From assembly GCA_044222475.1 (NCBI GenBank), contig JBGANF010000025.1, positions 13,773-77,772 of the forward strand: DNA of 64,000 nucleotides, read 5' to 3'. Below are positions 60,606 to 64,000 of the stretch, piece by piece (position 1 is the stretch's first letter; the number at the start of each line of letters is the position of its first letter). The notes under the pieces were generated by a model. That model was not told where the DNA came from. It did no database searches and worked only from the letters and a program-made list of their open reading frames with translations. This DNA is from Polyangiaceae bacterium (GTDB lineage Bacteria; Myxococcota_A; Polyangia; Polyangiales; Polyangiaceae). Made by a program: the position numbers and the translations under genes.

Positions 60606-62003
60606 ATGGCCCACGTTGAACAACAGCTTCTCAGCCGCATCGTGCGCAGCGGTGATGTTGCGCGCGTACTTGCGTGGGGGATCACTGAGAATGACTTCGT
60701 GACAACGGAGGGCCTCGGCCTCTTCCGGAGCATCCTGGGCTACTACCACCATGCCCTCACGCAAGGGGCTGTGCGCGGTCCCATCGCAATGATTGGCGTC
60801 TTCCCGACGTTCGCGCTGTGCGACGACACTTCGATGACGACCGAGGCGCTCTGCCACGAGGTGCGGTTGTCTCGCATTGGGAGCGCGACGAAGGAGGCCA
60901 TCTCGGAGGCGAATGAACTCATTGGCTACGACACGAGGTTGGCGGTCCAAACGCTGCTCTCCAAGCTTCAAGCTGTGAGCACTCTCTCCTCCGCCAGTTC
61001 GGCGCTCGCCCGCCTGTCGCTTTGGGGACGCAAGGCGATCGTCGAACTCGCGGAGCGACAAGTGAGCTACGTCTGGGAGCCGGTAGCGTCCGAGGGGTGG
61101 TTCGTGCTCCTCGCCGGCGCCGTCGCAGGTGGAAAGACATCCCTCGCCTTCCTTTTGGCGATCGCGAGAGCGAATGTGGGTGAACCGGTCAAAGTCTTGG
61201 GCCGTCTCGTGAAGCCCGCACCTCCGGGCACCGGGGTAGTTCTCCTCGAAGGAGAAGTGGACGAGGTCGCCTCTGCGCGCAAGCTGCGACGGTCCTGCCG
61301 GCTGCTCGGCGTCGACGAGTCCGCACTCGATCGGATCTGCCTCGTCGCTCGCAAAGGCGTGACCGTCGGTGACCCGGCGTGGGAAGGTATTGAGGCGATG
61401 ATTCGCAACGGACAGGTGTCCGATGTCTTCATCGACACGATTGCTCGCGTGGCACCAGGTGAATCGAACAGCGAAGAAGCGCAGGCCAGCATCTTCGATC
61501 GGATCGCGAAGAGCGTCGAGCTCGCGCCTACTCCGGAAAAGAAGCCCGTCGTCTGGGCTTTGGCTCACACGCGGAAGGGAGCGAGTGGCGGGCTCGACGA
61601 CGTCCTCGGAAGTGTGCAGCGTACAGCACAGATCGACTCAGCCCTGATCCTCGAACCGCGTCGCGACGGAAGCGGACGAGTGACTGGGGTCCGAACCACC
61701 TTCGCGAAACTGCGTCACGATCCTCCAGAGCATCCTCAGCCGATCCTCATGACCATCAACGGCGACCATCTCGAGGTCACCGGAATTCACGTTGACGCAC
61801 GCACCCTGGAAGAGCGTATCCGCGAGTCCCTCTCCTCGGGACCACTGACGTTGACCCAAGTCGGCAAGCGAGTGGGGCGGAATCACGCTGACGTCCGCGA
61901 AGCAATCGAGCGCGGGGTCGAGGGCGGCTTCTTCATGCGCACGGACGTAAAGACCACTCGAGGCACCCATCCGGGTGTAGCGCTTGCCCCGGGGAACAAA
62001 TAG
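60606..62003 (+). CDS. RepA/AAA_25-type replication ATPase (SF4 helicase-like) with C-terminal wHTH
   Basis: Walker A GAVAGGKT, LEGE, Walker B VFIDT, HTRK and GS motif; GAGGTGGAG RBS. Confidence 0.7.
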   Translation: MAHVEQQLLSRIVRSGDVARVLAWGITENDFVTTEGLGLFRSILGYYHHALTQGAVRGPIAMIGVFPTFALCDDTSMTTEALCHEVRLSRIGSATKEAISEANELIGYDTRLAVQTLLSKLQAVSTLSSASSALARLSLWGRKAIVELAERQVSYVWEPVASEGWFVLLAGAVAGGKTSLAFLLAIARANVGEPVKVLGRLVKPAPPGTGVVLLEGEVDEVASARKLRRSCRLLGVDESALDRICLVARKGVTVGDPAWEGIEAMIRNGQVSDVFIDTIARVAPGESNSEEAQASIFDRIAKSVELAPTPEKKPVVWALAHTRKGASGGLDDVLGSVQRTAQIDSALILEPRRDGSGRVTGVRTTFAKLRHDPPEHPQPILMTINGDHLEVTGIHVDARTLEERIRESLSSGPLTLTQVGKRVGRNHADVREAIERGVEGGFFMRTDVKTTRGTHPGVALAPGNK

Positions 62004-62320
62004 AAAGGACTGAAGTGGGACGGTTTGACGGCGTACTCCACCGTTTGGAACCCCGGACGGACGGGGATCTTTAGATCCCGTCCGGGGTCCCGCGTCTCCG
62101 ACGTGCGATTGCAGCAGATCCCGTCCGTCGTGACGGGAGCCGAGGTTGCAGCCGTTCCCCTTTCAGATGGCGCAGTCAGCGACGGGTCGACCGCGAAGGC
62201 GCGAAGACGGATTTGTCATCGCGAGCGCTCAGGCGCCGTGATCGCCCGTCCCTTCCCATATCGGGTCATCCCGATGGAAAATGGAGGGGCGGGTCAGGTC
62301 CCCGCATCCAGGAGGTGTCC

Positions 62321-62653
62321 ATGGTCGCCGAAGATGAGTTCGTACGTTCCCTTGATGTGACCAGCCTTCCTCCAGTCATCGGCAACGCGGTCCTTCGCCT
62401 TGCACGAAACTGCTTTCGCGATCGCGATGACTGGGAGGTCGCGGTGCAAAAGGAAGATTTCACTAAGGTCTTCACCAGTCGGGATTTCGACAGCTTGTAC
62501 GAGGTTCTCGCCGCCGACATCCTGATGTGGCTCCGAGCGCCGCAACGATCCCCCGCCGTCGCCCCGCCGTTCGAGTTCGTTCTTTGTCGCAACCCGTTCG
62601 ACCCCGTCGGGCATCTTACGCGCGCGCGCGCGATCCGAGCGCCCTATGGATGA
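62321..62653 (+). CDS. Hypothetical protein
   Basis: GGAGGT RBS before ATG 62321; overlaps the next ORF. Confidence 0.55.
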   Translation: MVAEDEFVRSLDVTSLPPVIGNAVLRLARNCFRDRDDWEVAVQKEDFTKVFTSRDFDSLYEVLAADILMWLRAPQRSPAVAPPFEFVLCRNPFDPVGHLTRARAIRAPYG

Positions 62654-63017
62654 CGTCGACGACGCGCTGTGGATCGCGAGTCGCTCCGCTGGCGAGCTCC
62701 GCTCGTTCGCGAATCGGCTCGCGTGGCGCAACGCCATGGCAGCGCGAACACGCGCTGTCGGTGCCGTCCTTCGCGCGCTCACACCGGCGAAGAGCGGGCT
62801 GCGCCGAGAGCGAGACGACGCGGGCTGGCGCGTCGTAGCCCCCGATGGTCGTGTCGTTGCAGTCCTGGAATCTCGAACCCGCGCGCGGACCCTCGATCTT
62901 GTCCGCCGCCCGATGGTGGTGAAGCTCGCCGACGCGGCGGTCCCGACGTCGCTGCGCGTGCGGTTGGCCGCGCTCGGGGTCGTGGTCGCGGGCGAGAGAG
63001 GTGAGCCGCATGGGTAA
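62646..63017 (+). CDS. Hypothetical protein
   Basis: Overlap-coupled with both neighbours. Confidence 0.5.
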   Translation: MDDVDDALWIASRSAGELRSFANRLAWRNAMAARTRAVGAVLRALTPAKSGLRRERDDAGWRVVAPDGRVVAVLESRTRARTLDLVRRPMVVKLADAAVPTSLRVRLAALGVVVAGERGEPHG

Positions 63018-63978
63018 GCCGAGGCCACGTCGGCCGCCGGAGACCTTGGCGCCGGTGAGGTTGGCGCCCCGTCTCGACGGACGCTGGCTCCGCTACCTCG
63101 TCGCATCGGGCCGGTCCGACGCGCAGATCGAACGCGACCTCGCGAACGACAACCTCCCGCCGGTGTCGGCGTCCGACCTTGTTTCGCTCCGCGCGGAGGT
63201 CGTAACGCCGAAGCCCTTCAAGCCGACCGACGAAGGTCATCAGCCTTCACAGAACTTCCTGCGAGCTCATCAGCTCGCGCCGCTCTTCCTTCAGACGGAG
63301 GAGCGGGATGCTGCGCTTCGTATCCTTCGCTCGCCGCGACATCGCGAAGTCGTGGAAGCCGCGCTCGTCGTGGGCGTTCCGGAGACCGCGCTGTGTCGGT
63401 TGCTCGCCGAACGCGTCGGGTTTCAGACGACCGTCGAGGCTGTGAAGTGCTTCGCGGCGACCTTCTTCGACCACACGTGCGTTACTCGCGCCGAGCTCCA
63501 AGTACTAGTGCATGACCGCATCCATCAGGAGCTCAGTCGCGTCGTCAGTGACCGCGCGGGGCTTCGCCGAGCGATGTCGTCCGACGCGCGCGCCGTCGCT
63601 GTCGCCGTCGCAGGGTCCCGATTCGGGTGGGCTGTGGTCTCGCTCAGGTTCGGGTGGTCGTCGTCGGTGAAACTGAGTGCCTCGATCAAAGAACTCGAGA
63701 ACCTCGCGACGGTCCGCGCCGGCGAGGCCCTGATGCGCGGGAGACGAGACGACGAGCGGCGTGCCCTCGCGTTCATCGGCGTGCTCGAGAAGACCAGGGC
63801 GATCTCCGAGAGTCTCGCGGAGCCGACCGAGAGCCTTGCGAACGCGTTCGCAGTGGCCGTCGTCCACGACGCGACCCGCTTGCCGGCGGTCGCCGACTTG
63901 GTAGTCGCCGGTGACGAGGTGGGATCGCTCGAGGCGGCGCCCGCGGATACAAACGCAGACCCGACGGACGAGCCCTGA
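63010..63978 (+). CDS. Hypothetical helical protein
   Basis: GAGGTGAG before ATG 63010; long ORF in the same operon. Confidence 0.6.
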   Translation: MGKPRPRRPPETLAPVRLAPRLDGRWLRYLVASGRSDAQIERDLANDNLPPVSASDLVSLRAEVVTPKPFKPTDEGHQPSQNFLRAHQLAPLFLQTEERDAALRILRSPRHREVVEAALVVGVPETALCRLLAERVGFQTTVEAVKCFAATFFDHTCVTRAELQVLVHDRIHQELSRVVSDRAGLRRAMSSDARAVAVAVAGSRFGWAVVSLRFGWSSSVKLSASIKELENLATVRAGEALMRGRRDDERRALAFIGVLEKTRAISESLAEPTESLANAFAVAVVHDATRLPAVADLVVAGDEVGSLEAAPADTNADPTDEP

Positions 63979-64000
63979 CTCGCCACCGATGATCGGAGCG

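Larger units (their letters stand above)
56200..64000. mobile_element. tRNA-integrated phage-satellite/prophage-like element (continues past window end)
   Basis: int-xis-HTH next to the tRNA 3' end, followed by DUF5131, an AAA replication protein and hypotheticals; visibly more A/T-ending codons than the core genes. Confidence 0.8.

Noticed and set aside
56200..64000. Second att site (tRNA 3' duplication)
   Set aside because: I could not find it by eye in the window; the element probably extends further.

Overview
GC-rich window from a Myxococcota genome, probably Polyangiaceae-like. This is inferred from mglBA, TIGR02266/PilZ-like, DUF4388/J-domain, Cys-rich lipoprotein and Ser/Thr kinase genes. 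Positions 1-56 kb are mostly core and typical myxobacterial accessory genes: patatin, STAND kinase, PPi-type PFK, frameshifted ppk1, UGPase, HD-GYP, tdh/kbl, mglBA, queD and ctaA. Two regions stand out. (1) At 38.1-40.5 kb, a four-helix-bundle (IVP/Avd-like) gene with a highly structured upstream leader sits between two inverted (GCGGAA)n/(TTCCGC)n arrays. An IS1111-type IS110 element has inserted into the leader stem, and its downstream non-coding region carries short matches to both strands of the reconstructed empty target, as expected for a bridge/seek RNA. (2) At 56.1-64 kb, an integrative satellite- or prophage-like element lies at tRNA-Arg(CCG), and its tyrosine integrase ORF reads antisense into the tRNA. 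Also notable are a Cys-repeat lipoprotein ending in a Hint domain and a 43-aa highly basic ORF missed by the ORF track. All assignments come from motif reading only; no searches were run.
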